Under the pieces are notes generated by a model that saw only the letters and a list, made by a program, of their open reading frames with translations, made no database searches and was not told the DNA's origin. The position numbers were made by a program, and so were the translations under genes. A stretch of 64,000 bases of DNA, from assembly GCA_964408805.1 (NCBI GenBank), contig CAYPAV010000016.1, forward strand, positions 23,006-87,005. The letters are read 5' to 3'. Below are positions 18,904-31,577 of this stretch, piece after piece (position 1 is the first letter of the stretch; each line of letters opens with the position of its first letter). The DNA is from an uncultured Rhodospirillaceae bacterium. GTDB taxonomy: Bacteria; Pseudomonadota; Alphaproteobacteria; UBA8366.

Positions 18904-19323
18904 ATGATCCTCGGGATCGGCACCGATATCATCGATATTCGCCGCGTCGAGAAGACCCTGGAGCGATTTCCGGGCCGCTTCGAGGCACGCTGCTTTACCG
19001 AGATCGAGCGGGCGAAGTCGGACCGCCGGGCCAATCGGGCGGCGAGCTACGCCAAGCGCTTCGCTGCGAAGGAAGCCTGCTCGAAGGCGCTAGGGACGGG
19101 GTTCCGCCGCGGCGTCTTCTGGCGCGACCTTGGGGTCGTCAATCTCCGTTCGGGAAAACCGACGATGGCGCTGACGGGCGGCGCCAAACGGCGGCTCGAC
19201 GAATTGACGCCCGATGGCATGGCGCCGCAGATCGACCTCACCATCACCGACGATTTCCCGCTTGCCCAAGCCTTCGTGATCATTTCCGCCGTGCCGGCGA
19301 CATTGACCGAGGCCGCCGAGTAG
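18904..19323 (+). CDS. acpS: Holo-ACP synthase
   Basis: GIGTDI and [16 protein letters not shown]. Confidence 0.96.
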   Translation: MILGIGTDIIDIRRVEKTLERFPGRFEARCFTEIERAKSDRRANRAASYAKRFAAKEACSKALGTGFRRGVFWRDLGVVNLRSGKPTMALTGGAKRRLDELTPDGMAPQIDLTITDDFPLAQAFVIISAVPATLTEAAE

Positions 19324-19441
19324 GAATTCATCCGCCTGACGGGCGGCGTGCCTTGACACCTCATGGCCTCCGCCCCACATTGGCGCGGCCCGCCGGGATG
19401 GGACGATCAGGCCGCGTGAACACGGGATTTCGAGCCACCGA

Positions 19442-20209
19442 ATGGACTCCAACAACGCCGAAGATAGCGAGCCCTCGGGTGTTCGAGCGAAGCTTGCCGG
19501 TTTTCTCGAACTTGCGCGCACCATCGTCTATGCCATCCTGATCGCCGTCACCATCCGCACTCTCGCCTACGAGCCTTTCAGTATCCCGTCGGGCTCGATG
19601 ATCCCGACGCTGTTGGTCGGCGATTACCTCTTCGTTTCGAAATTCTCCTACGGTTATAGCCGGCACTCACTTCCCTTCAGCCTGCCCTTGTTCGATGGTC
19701 GTTTCTTCGCCAGCCCGCCGGAACGCGGTGACGTCGCCGTGTTCAAATATCCGGTCCGGGATTCGAATTTCGAGAAAGACTATATTAAACGGATCGTCGG
19801 TCTTCCGGGCGACACGATGCAGGTCAACTCGGGCGTCCTACACATAAACGGCAAACCGGTCCGCCGCCGCAAGATCGGCGAATTCGAACTGGGCGGCGCC
19901 CTGCATCGGGACCTCAAGGTGCCGCTTTATATCGAAACGCTGCCCAACGGCCGGCGTCACCAGCTGATCGAGGTCGAAGGCGATTTCGGTCGTATGGACC
20001 GTACCCGTGAATACACCGTCCCGCCCGGACATTACTTCGCCATGGGCGACAATCGGGACAATTCGCTCGACAGTCGATTCGGCTGGTTCGTGCCGACGGA
20101 AAATCTGGTCGGCCGGGCCGAATTCCTGTTCTTCTCAAAGGCGAGCGAAACCTGGCCGTGGGAGATCTGGAATTGGCGCTTCACTCGCTTTTTCGACGCC
20201 ATCGAATAG
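19442..20209 (+). CDS. lepB: Signal peptidase I
   Basis: IPSGSMIPTL (Ser), YIKRIVGLPGD (Lys) and MGDNRDNS.DSR. Confidence 0.96.
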   Translation: MDSNNAEDSEPSGVRAKLAGFLELARTIVYAILIAVTIRTLAYEPFSIPSGSMIPTLLVGDYLFVSKFSYGYSRHSLPFSLPLFDGRFFASPPERGDVAVFKYPVRDSNFEKDYIKRIVGLPGDTMQVNSGVLHINGKPVRRRKIGEFELGGALHRDLKVPLYIETLPNGRRHQLIEVEGDFGRMDRTREYTVPPGHYFAMGDNRDNSLDSRFGWFVPTENLVGRAEFLFFSKASETWPWEIWNWRFTRFFDAIE

Positions 20210-20231
20210 CTCGCGGTGTATAAACCGAACT

Positions 20232-20903
20232 ATGATGAACGAGCTTCGTGACGCGCTTCAACACGAATTCGCCGATCCGGACCTGATCAAAAAGGCGCTG
20301 ACCCACCGAAGCGCCACGTCCGACGACGGTTTCAGCTATGAAAGGCTGGAATTTCTCGGCGATCGGATCCTCGCCCTTATTGTCGCCGATCTGCTGCTCG
20401 CCGCCTTTCCGGAAGAGGACGAAGGCGCCCTCGCGCGTCGGCACGCGGCGCTCGTTCGAAAGGAGACCTTGGCCGAGGTGGCGCGAGCGATCGATCTTGG
20501 TCCTCATATCGTGCTCGGGACCGGCGAAGACGAGTCCGGAGGACGCGAAAACGACGCCATCCTCTCGGATGTCTGCGAAGCGGTCATCGCGGCCCTCTAT
20601 CGCGAGGGCGGGGTCGAGCTCGCCCGCGTCTTCATCGAACGCCATTGGAGCCCTCGCCTCGAGCAATACGAACATCCGCCGCGGGACGCCAAGACCACAT
20701 TGCAGGAGTGGGCGCAGGGCCTTGGTTTGCCGTTCCCAAACTATGAGGTCGCCGCACGAACGGGACCCGATCACGCACCGGTCTTCACGATTTCCGTTTC
20801 CGTCGAGGGGCATGATTCGGCGGAAGGGATGGGGGCATCGAAACGCGCGGCCGAACAGGAAGCGGCGGCCCGTCTGCTTTCCCGGGTGACGGCCGATGCC
20901 TGA
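20232..20903 (+). CDS. rnc: Ribonuclease III
   Basis: ALTHRS, YERLEFLGD, SDVCEA and dsRBD (DAKTTLQEW). Start trimmed to ATG 20232. Confidence 0.96.
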   Translation: MMNELRDALQHEFADPDLIKKALTHRSATSDDGFSYERLEFLGDRILALIVADLLLAAFPEEDEGALARRHAALVRKETLAEVARAIDLGPHIVLGTGEDESGGRENDAILSDVCEAVIAALYREGGVELARVFIERHWSPRLEQYEHPPRDAKTTLQEWAQGLGLPFPNYEVAARTGPDHAPVFTISVSVEGHDSAEGMGASKRAAEQEAAARLLSRVTADA

Positions 20904-21795
20904 GGCCACACGCTGCGGCTTCATCGCCGTACTCGGCGCGCCGAATGTCGGAAAATCGACCCTGATCAACCAGTTTGTCGGCGCCAAGGTGAGCATCGTC
21001 ACCCACAAGGTTCAGACGACGCGGACCCGCGTCCTCGGCATCATGATCCACGAGGCGAGCCAGCTCGTCTTCATCGATACGCCGGGTATCTTCGAACCGA
21101 AGCGCCGTTTCGATCGAGCCATGGTCGATGCGGCCTGGCGGGGTGCGGCGGATGCCGACCGGATCATGGTGCTCGTCGACGCCAAGCGCGGTATCGACCG
21201 CAATACCGAACGTCTCATCAGCTCATTGGCCGAGTGGGGCCAACCGGCCCTTCTGGTGATCAACAAGATCGATCTGGTCAAACGGAACGCGTTGCTGGCC
21301 ATGAGCGCCGACTTGAACGCGCGGCATCGCTTTGACGAGACCTTCATGGTTTCCGCCCTCAACGGCGACGGGGTCGGCGACATCGTGGAATACTTGGCGG
21401 CGGCGGCGCCCGAGGGTACGTGGATGTTTCCCGAGGATCAGCTCTCGGACTTGCCACAGCGACTGATGGCGGCGGAAATCACCCGAGAGCACCTGTTCCT
21501 GAAGATCCATCAGGAAATCCCCTACGCCACCACGATCGAGACCGAATCCTGGGAGAATTTCAAGGATGGCAGCGTCAAAATCTCGCAGACGGTCTATGTC
21601 CAGCGCGATACCCAAAAAGCGATCGTTCTCGGCAAGGGCGGCCGGCAGGTCAAGGAGATCGGGGCCGCCGCGCGGGAAGAGATGTCCGCTCTTTTCGGCT
21701 GCAAGGTGCATCTCTTCATCCATGTGAAAGTCCGCGACAAATGGATGGAAGACCCGTCGCGCTACAGCGCCTGGGGGCTCAATTACAATGCGTAA
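20896..21795 (+). CDS. era: GTPase Era
   Basis: GAPNVGKST, QTTR, DTPG, NKID and KH domain (IVLGKGG). Confidence 0.97.
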   Translation: MPEATRCGFIAVLGAPNVGKSTLINQFVGAKVSIVTHKVQTTRTRVLGIMIHEASQLVFIDTPGIFEPKRRFDRAMVDAAWRGAADADRIMVLVDAKRGIDRNTERLISSLAEWGQPALLVINKIDLVKRNALLAMSADLNARHRFDETFMVSALNGDGVGDIVEYLAAAAPEGTWMFPEDQLSDLPQRLMAAEITREHLFLKIHQEIPYATTIETESWENFKDGSVKISQTVYVQRDTQKAIVLGKGGRQVKEIGAAAREEMSALFGCKVHLFIHVKVRDKWMEDPSRYSAWGLNYNA

Positions 21796-21804
21796 CAGGG
21801 GGCC

Positions 21805-22527
21805 ATGGACTGGACCGATGACGGCATCGTCCTGAGTGCCAGGAAGCACGGCGAGTCGGCCGCCATCGCGAGCCTGCTGACCCGCGGCCACGGGCGCCAC
21901 ACCGGCCTGGTCCGGGGCGGCAATTCGAGGCGTCAGCGCGGGGTCTTGCAAACGGGAAACATGGTCCGGGCTGCCTGGCGAGCCCGTCTCGAGGAACACC
22001 TCGGCACCTATTCGGTGGAGCTGGTGGAGGGGCATGCGGCACGGGTGATGGATGATCCGGGCCGGCTGGCCGCCATGGCCGCCGCCTGTGCGCTGGTGGA
22101 TATGGTTCTTCCGGAGCGCGAAGCCCATCCGAACCTCTTCGAGAGCCTGGGCGCTCTTCTTGGAACCCTGATCGAGGAGGCATGGGCGGAAGCCTATGTG
22201 ATATGGGAACTGACACTGCTCGCGGAACTCGGCTTCGGGCTCGATCTCACCGAATGCGCTGCGACGGGCGCGACCGACGAACTCATCTACGTCTCGCCCA
22301 AGAGCGGTCGCGCGGTTTCCGCGGACGCCGGCGAGCCATACCGCGACAAGCTGCTGCCGCTCCCGGCGTTTCTACTGTCACCGGCCACGGCCGAGACCGG
22401 CACCCTGTCCGACGGCCTGCGTCTTACCGGGTATTTCCTCGATCGCCACGTCCTGACGCCGCACGACAAATCGCTTCCCGACGCGCGCCAGCGCCTTGCC
22501 GAACGCTTCGGACGGCGAGACAGCTAA
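21805..22527 (+). CDS. recO: DNA repair protein RecO
   Basis: MDWTDDGIVL..RKHGE, LGFGLDL.ECAATG and YVSPKSGRAVS; follows era. Confidence 0.95.
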   Translation: MDWTDDGIVLSARKHGESAAIASLLTRGHGRHTGLVRGGNSRRQRGVLQTGNMVRAAWRARLEEHLGTYSVELVEGHAARVMDDPGRLAAMAAACALVDMVLPEREAHPNLFESLGALLGTLIEEAWAEAYVIWELTLLAELGFGLDLTECAATGATDELIYVSPKSGRAVSADAGEPYRDKLLPLPAFLLSPATAETGTLSDGLRLTGYFLDRHVLTPHDKSLPDARQRLAERFGRRDS

Positions 22528-23444
22528 TTTCGGGTCGGTTGACCGAGACAATCGAGAAATCCCTCCGCCATCCCACGAATCAGCTTCGTATAGGCACCGG
22601 GACCCGCTGCGATCTCCATCCCGAGGGGATCCAGAGGTCTCGCGCGCGCATCCGCCCCTTCCAGCAACGTCGCCATCAGCGCCGGCTTGAATTGAGGTGC
22701 GTGAAAGACGCATCCGACGCCAAGCCGTTGGATTTGCGCGCGTATGTCGTTAAGTCGGCGCGCGCCCGGCGGCCGATCCGGCTCTGCGACCAGGGCGCCC
22801 GCCGGTGACAATCCGAAGCGTCGTTCGAAATATTGGTAAGCATCGTGGAAGACGACGTAAGGCCGCCGCGAGACGGCCGCGAGAGCAGCCCCCACCTCCG
22901 CCGTCAAACGGTCGAGTCGCATCGCCTCCCGATCCGCATTGGCGAGATATTTCGCGGTGTTTGCCACATCCGCCTCGCCCAGAACGCGCGCAATCTCACG
23001 AACCATCACGCTCGCATTTATTGGATCGAGCCAGATATGGGGATCGATACGATCGACGGATGAGTGGTTGTGCAGGCCCAAGTTTCCGCCGTTTCGCACT
23101 GGCCAATGTGTGATCTTCGGCACTCTCGCGAGCGCAATGACCTTGGTTTCCGGCCTCACCGTCCGCAAGAATTTTTCCAGGAAGGTTTCCAGTTCCGGAC
23201 CGATCCAAAAGACGACATTCGCCGACTGTATCAAGCGTGCATCGGAGGGCTTCAAGGCATGGTGATGGGGCGACGCGCGCCGCCGCAGCAGCAACCGCGG
23301 CGCGCCGATTCCCGCCATAACCGTCGCCGCCAACCCGTGGAGGGGCTTGATCGTGGCGACGACCCTCGGGACCTCCGCCCGTCCGCCGGTTAGACCGCCG
23401 ACGAAAGCGAGACAAAATACGAAAATCACCACGAAACATCGCAT
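22524..23444 (-). CDS. znuA: Zinc ABC transporter substrate-binding protein
   Basis: Signal peptide, VATIKPL, SPH, DPHIWLDP and VFHDAYQYFE. Divergent from zur. Confidence 0.9.
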   Translation of the reverse strand: MRCFVVIFVFCLAFVGGLTGGRAEVPRVVATIKPLHGLAATVMAGIGAPRLLLRRRASPHHHALKPSDARLIQSANVVFWIGPELETFLEKFLRTVRPETKVIALARVPKITHWPVRNGGNLGLHNHSSVDRIDPHIWLDPINASVMVREIARVLGEADVANTAKYLANADREAMRLDRLTAEVGAALAAVSRRPYVVFHDAYQYFERRFGLSPAGALVAEPDRPPGARRLNDIRAQIQRLGVGCVFHAPQFKPALMATLLEGADARARPLDPLGMEIAAGPGAYTKLIRGMAEGFLDCLGQPTRN

Positions 23445-23462
23445 CGGATGGGTGCCTAAAAT

Positions 23463-23485
23463 GAATTGTTATGTTATAACGAAAC
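23463..23485. promoter_or_regulatory. Zur box in the znuA/zur divergent intergenic region
   Basis: GAATTGTTAT-GTT-ATAACGAAAC contains the GTTAT-N3-ATAAC dyad that matches the proteobacterial Zur consensus core. Confidence 0.75.
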
Positions 23486-23533
23486 TGATTTAATCCGGCA
23501 TCTAATTATTGTCAACGTCCGGGATGAGCGCCC

Positions 23534-24028
23534 ATGGCCGACACCGAACTGGGTTTTCCCAACCCCGGCCACGATCACGCGCAATGCATCGACGATGCGA
23601 TCAGCGCGGCCGAGCAGATTTGCGCCACGCGGCGCGCCCGCTTCACGCGACTTCGGCGGGACGTCCTTGGCCTGATCTGGCACAGCCATGCGCCCGTCGG
23701 GGCCTATGATCTCCTGGCGATGATGAACAAGGACGGCGGCCGGGTGGCGCCGATGACTGTCTACCGGGCGCTCGATTTCCTGATGGAGCACGGCCTCGTC
23801 CACCGTATCGCGAGCCGGAACGCCTATGTCGGCTGCAATCATCCGGAGGCTCGACATGCGGGCCAGTTCTTGATTTGCCGCGATTGCGGCCGGGTCGCGG
23901 AGATCGAGGAGGAAGCCATTCAGCAAGCGGTTCGCAAGGGCGCCTTTCGCGCGGGCTTCGATGTCACGACGCCAGTCATCGAAATCGAGGGACAGTGTCT
24001 CGACTGCCGTGGCGGCGGCGATGGCTGA
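23534..24028 (+). CDS. zur: Zinc uptake regulator (Fur family)
   Basis: HDHAQC, GAYDLL, VYRALDFL, FLICRDCG and GQCLDC. Confidence 0.92.
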   Translation: MADTELGFPNPGHDHAQCIDDAISAAEQICATRRARFTRLRRDVLGLIWHSHAPVGAYDLLAMMNKDGGRVAPMTVYRALDFLMEHGLVHRIASRNAYVGCNHPEARHAGQFLICRDCGRVAEIEEEAIQQAVRKGAFRAGFDVTTPVIEIEGQCLDCRGGGDG

Positions 24029-24818
24029 ACCCGCCCTACCTTCTTTTCTCGCCGCCCCGCTGATCGAGGCCCACGGCCTTGGTCTGACACTTGGCGGCCG
24101 GCCAATCCTCCAGCACATCGATCTCGACGTGGCGCCCGGCGAGATCGTTACCCTCATTGGGCCCAACGGGGCCGGGAAGACGATGCTGATCCGTCTGCTT
24201 CTCGGGCTGACGCCCCCGGATGCGGGCAACGTGCGCCGACGCGATGGTCTCGTCGTCGGTTACCTGCCGCAAAAGACGGTTATCGATTCCAGCCTGCCGA
24301 TGACCGCCCGCCGGCTGCTCTCCCTCGCCCGGCCGATCGACGCGGCGACGGCGGATGGCCATCTGGCGGAAGTCGGCGCCTCGGGTCTTGCGGATCGAAT
24401 GATCCACGATCTCTCCGGGGGTGAATTGCAGCGCGTCCTCCTGGCCCGGGCGCTCTTGCGAGAACCGGAACTTCTGGTTCTCGACGAACCGGTGCAAGGG
24501 GTGGATTTCTCCGGCGAGATCGAGCTCTACGACCTGATCACCCGGATTCGCAAACGGCGCGGCTGCGGCGTGCTGCTGGTTTCGCATGACTTGCACCTGG
24601 TGATGGCCTCCACGGACCGCGTGGTCTGTCTGAACGGACATGTCTGCTGCTCCGGCAAGCCGGAGGCGGTGAGCCGCCATCCGGAATACCTCTCGCTTTT
24701 CGGCCCGCAGGCGGTTGGGGGACTGGCCGTCTACGCCCATGCGCACGATCACCATCACGAACTCTCCGGCGAGGTCGTCGTCGATTCGCCGGATGACACG
24801 GCCGGGCATCCGAACTGA
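24021..24818 (+). CDS. znuC: Zinc ABC transporter ATPase
   Basis: GPNGAGKT, LSGGELQR, LVLDEP, SHDLHLV, GHVCCSG and a His-rich tail. Confidence 0.93.
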   Translation: MAEPALPSFLAAPLIEAHGLGLTLGGRPILQHIDLDVAPGEIVTLIGPNGAGKTMLIRLLLGLTPPDAGNVRRRDGLVVGYLPQKTVIDSSLPMTARRLLSLARPIDAATADGHLAEVGASGLADRMIHDLSGGELQRVLLARALLREPELLVLDEPVQGVDFSGEIELYDLITRIRKRRGCGVLLVSHDLHLVMASTDRVVCLNGHVCCSGKPEAVSRHPEYLSLFGPQAVGGLAVYAHAHDHHHELSGEVVVDSPDDTAGHPN

Positions 24819-24831
24819 TGAGCAATAATCG

Positions 24832-25629
24832 ATGCTAGACGATTTCCTCTTCCGTGCCTTCCTCGGCGGGCTCGGCGTGGCCCTGGTCGCGGGGCCGCTC
24901 GGCTGTTTCGTGGTCTGGCGCCGGATGGCCTATTTCGGCGCCTCTATCGCCCATGCGGCCCTTCTTGGCGTCGCCCTTGGACTATTCATCGAGGTCGACC
25001 CGCTCCTCGGCATTTTCCTCGTCTCCGTCCTTTTCGCCTTCGCGATCGTGGGCATGGAGCATCTGACCCGGCTGGCCTCCGATACCCTGCTCGGTATCCT
25101 GGCGCATCTGGCGCTCGCACTCGGCGTCATCGCCTTGGCCATAATGAACAATCCCGGGATCGACTTGATGGGCTATCTCTTCGGCGACATTCTCGCCGTG
25201 ACCAGGCTCGATCTCGCCTGGATTTATGTGGGCGGCGGCGCGGCGCTGGCGCTCCTCGCCGTCATCTGGCGCCCCCTCCTCGCCATGACGGTGGACGAGG
25301 ACATGGCCCGCGCCGAAGGGGTGGCGACGAGGCGGACCCGCCTCCTCTTCACCCTGCTGCTGGCCCTGGTGATCGCGATCGCGATGAAGATCGTCGGCGT
25401 CTTGCTTATCGTCTCGCTCCTGATCGTGCCGGCCGCCGCCGCGCGGGCGCTCGCCCGCTCGCCGGAACAGATGGCCCTCGCGGCGGCCTTCATCGGCGTG
25501 GCCGCGGTCGCGGGCGGCCTTCTCGCCTCGCTGCAATGGGACGCCCCTTCCGGACCCGCCATCGTCGTTGCCGCCTTCCTGCTGTTTTTGCTGAGCCGAC
25601 TCGCCAGGCGGGATCGTTCAGCTCGCTAA
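24832..25629 (+). CDS. znuB: Zinc ABC transporter permease
   Basis: GPLGCFVVWRRMAYFG..HAALLG and YLFGDIL; multi-TM. Confidence 0.93.
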   Translation: MLDDFLFRAFLGGLGVALVAGPLGCFVVWRRMAYFGASIAHAALLGVALGLFIEVDPLLGIFLVSVLFAFAIVGMEHLTRLASDTLLGILAHLALALGVIALAIMNNPGIDLMGYLFGDILAVTRLDLAWIYVGGGAALALLAVIWRPLLAMTVDEDMARAEGVATRRTRLLFTLLLALVIAIAMKIVGVLLIVSLLIVPAAAARALARSPEQMALAAAFIGVAAVAGGLLASLQWDAPSGPAIVVAAFLLFLLSRLARRDRSAR

Positions 25630-25701
25630 AACCCCGCGAACCGCCAACAAGGTGTTGCGTCCAAAAGCCGTCCGGGTACTATGCCTGGTAGGAGATTTGC
25701 C

Positions 25702-27930
<2,229 letters not shown>

Positions 27931-27978
27931 GCTGGGCGCCGGACGGCGCGGGGACGGGAAACGCCGCGGAATTGGGTC

Positions 27979-28221
27979 TTACGTGAACGCCTTGAAGGTG
28001 ATCATCGTGAAGGTGTCCTTGATGCCGGGAAGCGTCTGAACCTTCTCGTTCACGAAATGCCCGATATCGGCATCATCGCCCACATAGAACTTGACCAGCA
28101 GGTCGTAATGCCCGGACGTCGAGTAAACTTCCGAGGTCTCCTCGATATTGTCGGCGATCTCTTCGGCGACCTGATAGGACTTGCCGAGATCGCATTTTAT
28201 CTGAACGAAAATAGCCTGCAT
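27979..28221 (-). CDS. Stand-alone Lrp/AsnC ligand-binding (RAM) domain protein
   Basis: 80 aa beta-alpha-beta ferredoxin-like pattern (EVYSTSG.YDLLVK..GI.DTFT); no HTH. Confidence 0.85.
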   Translation of the reverse strand: MQAIFVQIKCDLGKSYQVAEEIADNIEETSEVYSTSGHYDLLVKFYVGDDADIGHFVNEKVQTLPGIKDTFTMITFKAFT

Positions 28222-28395
28222 GTCGCGCGGTCCGAATTGGGGTTCCGTGGCACCACTATACCGGCCCCGCCGGGCCGGGAAAACCGCCGTGACGCGACAC
28301 GCCCAAACGGGTCCCTAATATACGGACACCATGGCGGCCGCCGCGATTTCGGCTATGATCTCCGGACAAACCGCCACCCATGAAAGGAATTTCCG

Positions 28396-28971
28396 ATGAG
28401 TGCCGACCCGAACCGCGTCGTGGTAACCGGGGAAAACCCGTTCATTCGTCTGAGCGCAACCGATGACGGACCGGAGACGACGGTGGCGAGCTTCTGGCGC
28501 AACCTGTTTTCACCGGCGGGGCCCGGGCACGTCCTCTATCTCAAGAGCGAGTTGACCGACGACCAGTGGGAAATCTATTCGGACAATATCGCGATGGCGC
28601 GATGGCTGCAGTCGACCATCCAGGGCATGCTCAACGAAGAGCTCGCGGATACTTCGATCCCGGTGGTCGAGGCCGAATTCTCCAAGGCGGGCGATCCCAA
28701 GAATTTTTGGACCGAATACGTTTTTGCCGATGAGGCCGAGATCTCGCTGACCTGGTACGAGACCGGCGATCCCTTGCTGATCCATACCTCGCCCGGCGCA
28801 ACGCCGGAGCGTCCCTACGGCGTCTGCACGATCCTCGTCCCGGCCCTCGGCGCGCGGCTGACACGGAACGGTGTCGAGGCGGCGGGTCAACCCTGGCCCC
28901 GCGAGCGCGAGGGCCGGCCGTTCAGCACCTGTGCCTTGGCGTTTTCCGAGAGTTGGACCGAGGTCCGCTAG
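28396..28971 (+). CDS. Conserved hypothetical protein
   Basis: 191-aa ORF with host-like codon usage and an AAGGA RBS; no family recognised. Confidence 0.75.
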   Translation: MSADPNRVVVTGENPFIRLSATDDGPETTVASFWRNLFSPAGPGHVLYLKSELTDDQWEIYSDNIAMARWLQSTIQGMLNEELADTSIPVVEAEFSKAGDPKNFWTEYVFADEAEISLTWYETGDPLLIHTSPGATPERPYGVCTILVPALGARLTRNGVEAAGQPWPREREGRPFSTCALAFSESWTEVR

Positions 28972-29918
28972 TCCAATTGGACCCGCGGGTTGAGCGCGCG
29001 ATAGGCGATATCGACCAGCAGGTTGATGATCACGACGAAGAAGCCGAGTACCAGCACGCCCGACTGGATCATCGGGTAGTCGCGCTGAACGATCGCTTCG
29101 TAGATCACCCGGCCGATCCCGGGCCAGGAGAAGATGGCCTCGAGCACGACCGTGCCGCCGAGGAGATCGGCGAGCTGCAGTCCGCTGATCGTCAGCGTCG
29201 GAATCATGGCGTTCCGGAGGGTGTATTTGAAGTTCACCTTAGCGTCGCTGAGGCCGAGCGAACGGGCCGTGTCGACGTATTCCTTGTTCATCTCGTCCAG
29301 CATGCTGGAGCGCGTCAGCCGCGTCGTATAGGCGGCCTGGCGAATGCCGACAGCGATCGCCGGCAAGATCAGAAAGGTCAGGCTTTCCTGCAGATTTTCC
29401 AGCGGGCTGGTATAGCCCGACGACGGCAGCCACCCCAAATGGAGCGCGAACAGCAGGACCGCCATGATCGCGAACCAGAATTCGGGAATGGAGATTCCGA
29501 TGAGCGCACCGACCTGCACCACGTTGTCGACCATCGAATTACGCTTCAGCGCCGCCAAGGTGCCGAGCGGCACCGCGATGAAGAGTGAAAGTGCCATGCC
29601 AACCGCCGCAAGGTAGGCGGTGGCGGGAATGCGGTCCATGAGCTCGAGGGTGACATCCCGCCGCGTGATCAGGGATTTGCCGAGATCGCCCTGCAGAACC
29701 CGGCCGATCCACTTGCCGTACTGGACATAGATCGGCTTATCGAGGCCCATCTCCTTCTCGAGGGCGGCGCGCACTTCCGGATCGTCGATGTCTTCATCGC
29801 CGATCATGACATCGATGATGTCGCCCGGCAGCAGCTCGATGAAGGTGAAGACGACAACGGACAGCACGAACAGTACGGGAATGAGATAAACGATCCGGCG
29901 GATGATATAGGCGAGCAT
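28968..29918 (-). CDS. Peptide/nickel ABC transporter permease (DppB/OppB-like)
   Basis: MLAYIIRR, GDLGKS, SIPEFW, EAA-like loop (YVDTARSLGL), ETIF-type LEAIFSWPGIG and RDYPMIQ. Confidence 0.92.
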   Translation of the reverse strand: MLAYIIRRIVYLIPVLFVLSVVVFTFIELLPGDIIDVMIGDEDIDDPEVRAALEKEMGLDKPIYVQYGKWIGRVLQGDLGKSLITRRDVTLELMDRIPATAYLAAVGMALSLFIAVPLGTLAALKRNSMVDNVVQVGALIGISIPEFWFAIMAVLLFALHLGWLPSSGYTSPLENLQESLTFLILPAIAVGIRQAAYTTRLTRSSMLDEMNKEYVDTARSLGLSDAKVNFKYTLRNAMIPTLTISGLQLADLLGGTVVLEAIFSWPGIGRVIYEAIVQRDYPMIQSGVLVLGFFVVIINLLVDIAYRALNPRVQLD

Positions 29919-30127
29919 GGGCTTGAGGGGGCTTTCTCTCTTCCGTCGGCGCGGGTCTGTTCGGGTGATTACAGCTAAATCGCCGACGATTCCAGCACCG
30001 CGCGACCGAAAGGACACGGTATTCGTGGACATAAGAACCGCCCATGTCCACGGTCCGCCGTGTTTGTCAGCTCTGGCCATCGCACCATATGCTTGACCGT
30101 CGAACTTTACCGGGGCGGGAAAGCAAA

Positions 30128-31573
30128 ATGTCGATCACGCAATTTCAAAATGTCAATTGGATCGTGGCCTGGGACGATGCGAGGAGCGGCCATGTCTACC
30201 TTCGGGGCGGCGATCTCGTCTTCGACGGCAACGAAATAACCTTCCTCGGCAGGGACTATGCCGGCGACGCGGATACGGTCGTCGACGGCGTTGGACTCTG
30301 TCTCATTCCGGGGTTCGTCAACATCCATGCCCATCCGGCCACCGAGGTCTTCTATCGCGGCATCCGCGAGGACCACAGCGTGCCCGAGCATTACATGACC
30401 GGACTCTACGAACGCTCCTGCGCCTATGCCGGCGCCATCGACCGGGACTTGCTGCCGACCGCCGCGGCGGTCGCCTATTCCGATTTGGTGCTGAGCGGGG
30501 TCACCACCCTGGTCGATATCGTCGCCCCCTATCCCGGCTGGGTCGATGTCATGGCGAGGAGCGGTCTGCGCATGTACGGCGCGCCCACCTTCGAGACATC
30601 GCATTGGCATCGCGACAACACACACCAACTGAAATTCATCGAGGACGAGGCGAAGGGCCGGGCGGGGTTCGAGACCGCCCTCGGCCTGGTCGACGAATTG
30701 CGGGGGCACGCGTCGGGCCGTCTCTCCGGCGTCGTCTCCCCCGGCACGATCGAGAAATGCACGCCGGAAATCCTGGCCGAAAGCCATGCGGCCGCCAAGG
30801 CGCGAGATATTCCCTGGACGACCCATGCGAGCCAGTCGGTGGTCGAGTTCAATGTCATGGTCGAGCGCCACGGCATCTCGCCGATCCAGTTCCTCGATCG
30901 CCTGGGCGTTCTCGGGCGGGGATCCATCCTCGGCCACGCCATGCTGATCGACGACAATTCCTGGGTCGGCTGGCACAGCAAGACCGATCTCGAGCTGCTC
31001 GGCGAGAGCCGCACCGGGGTGGCCCATTGCCCGACCCCCTTCATGCGCTACGGAACGACGATGGAAGACTTCAGCCGCTACGTGGACGCAGGCGTTGTGA
31101 TGGGCATCGGCACCGATACCATCCCGCATAATTATATCGAGGACATGCGCTACGCCGCCATTATGGCCCGCGTCGCCAGCCATGACGGCCGCAAGGGGCA
31201 GACGGGCGAGATTTTCCATGCCGGAACCGCGGGCGGCGCGGCGGCCCTGATGCGGGACGACATCGGCCGGCTCGCCGTCGGCGCCAAGGCGGATATCGTG
31301 GTGCTCGACTGCAATCATCCCGTCATGCTGCCGACCCGGGACCCGCTGGCCAGCCTCATTCACTCGGCGGCCGAACGGGCGGTGAAAGACGTCTATATCG
31401 ACGGCAACCAGGTGGTGAAGGATCATGTCGTGACCACGCTCGATCGCGAGGGATCGATCGCGCAGATCGCCGAGGGGCAGGCGCGGATGGAAATCGGCGT
31501 CGAGGATCGCGACTTCGCCGGGCGGACCAGCCTCGAGATCGCCCCCCTCTCCCTGCCGATGATGGGAGATTGA
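30128..31573 (+). CDS. Amidohydrolase (deaminase/chlorohydrolase-like subfamily)
   Basis: PGFVNIHAH (HxH), THASQ, LGHAM, IGTD and G.LAVGAKADIVV. Confidence 0.87.
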   Translation: MSITQFQNVNWIVAWDDARSGHVYLRGGDLVFDGNEITFLGRDYAGDADTVVDGVGLCLIPGFVNIHAHPATEVFYRGIREDHSVPEHYMTGLYERSCAYAGAIDRDLLPTAAAVAYSDLVLSGVTTLVDIVAPYPGWVDVMARSGLRMYGAPTFETSHWHRDNTHQLKFIEDEAKGRAGFETALGLVDELRGHASGRLSGVVSPGTIEKCTPEILAESHAAAKARDIPWTTHASQSVVEFNVMVERHGISPIQFLDRLGVLGRGSILGHAMLIDDNSWVGWHSKTDLELLGESRTGVAHCPTPFMRYGTTMEDFSRYVDAGVVMGIGTDTIPHNYIEDMRYAAIMARVASHDGRKGQTGEIFHAGTAGGAAALMRDDIGRLAVGAKADIVVLDCNHPVMLPTRDPLASLIHSAAERAVKDVYIDGNQVVKDHVVTTLDREGSIAQIAEGQARMEIGVEDRDFAGRTSLEIAPLSLPMMGD

Positions 31574-31577
31574 GATC

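Noticed and set aside
28324-28332. GGACACCAT copy matching the RAYT end motif in the Lrp/hypothetical intergenic region
   Set aside because: Only 9 bp, without the AT-rich half of the repeat; compatible with chance.
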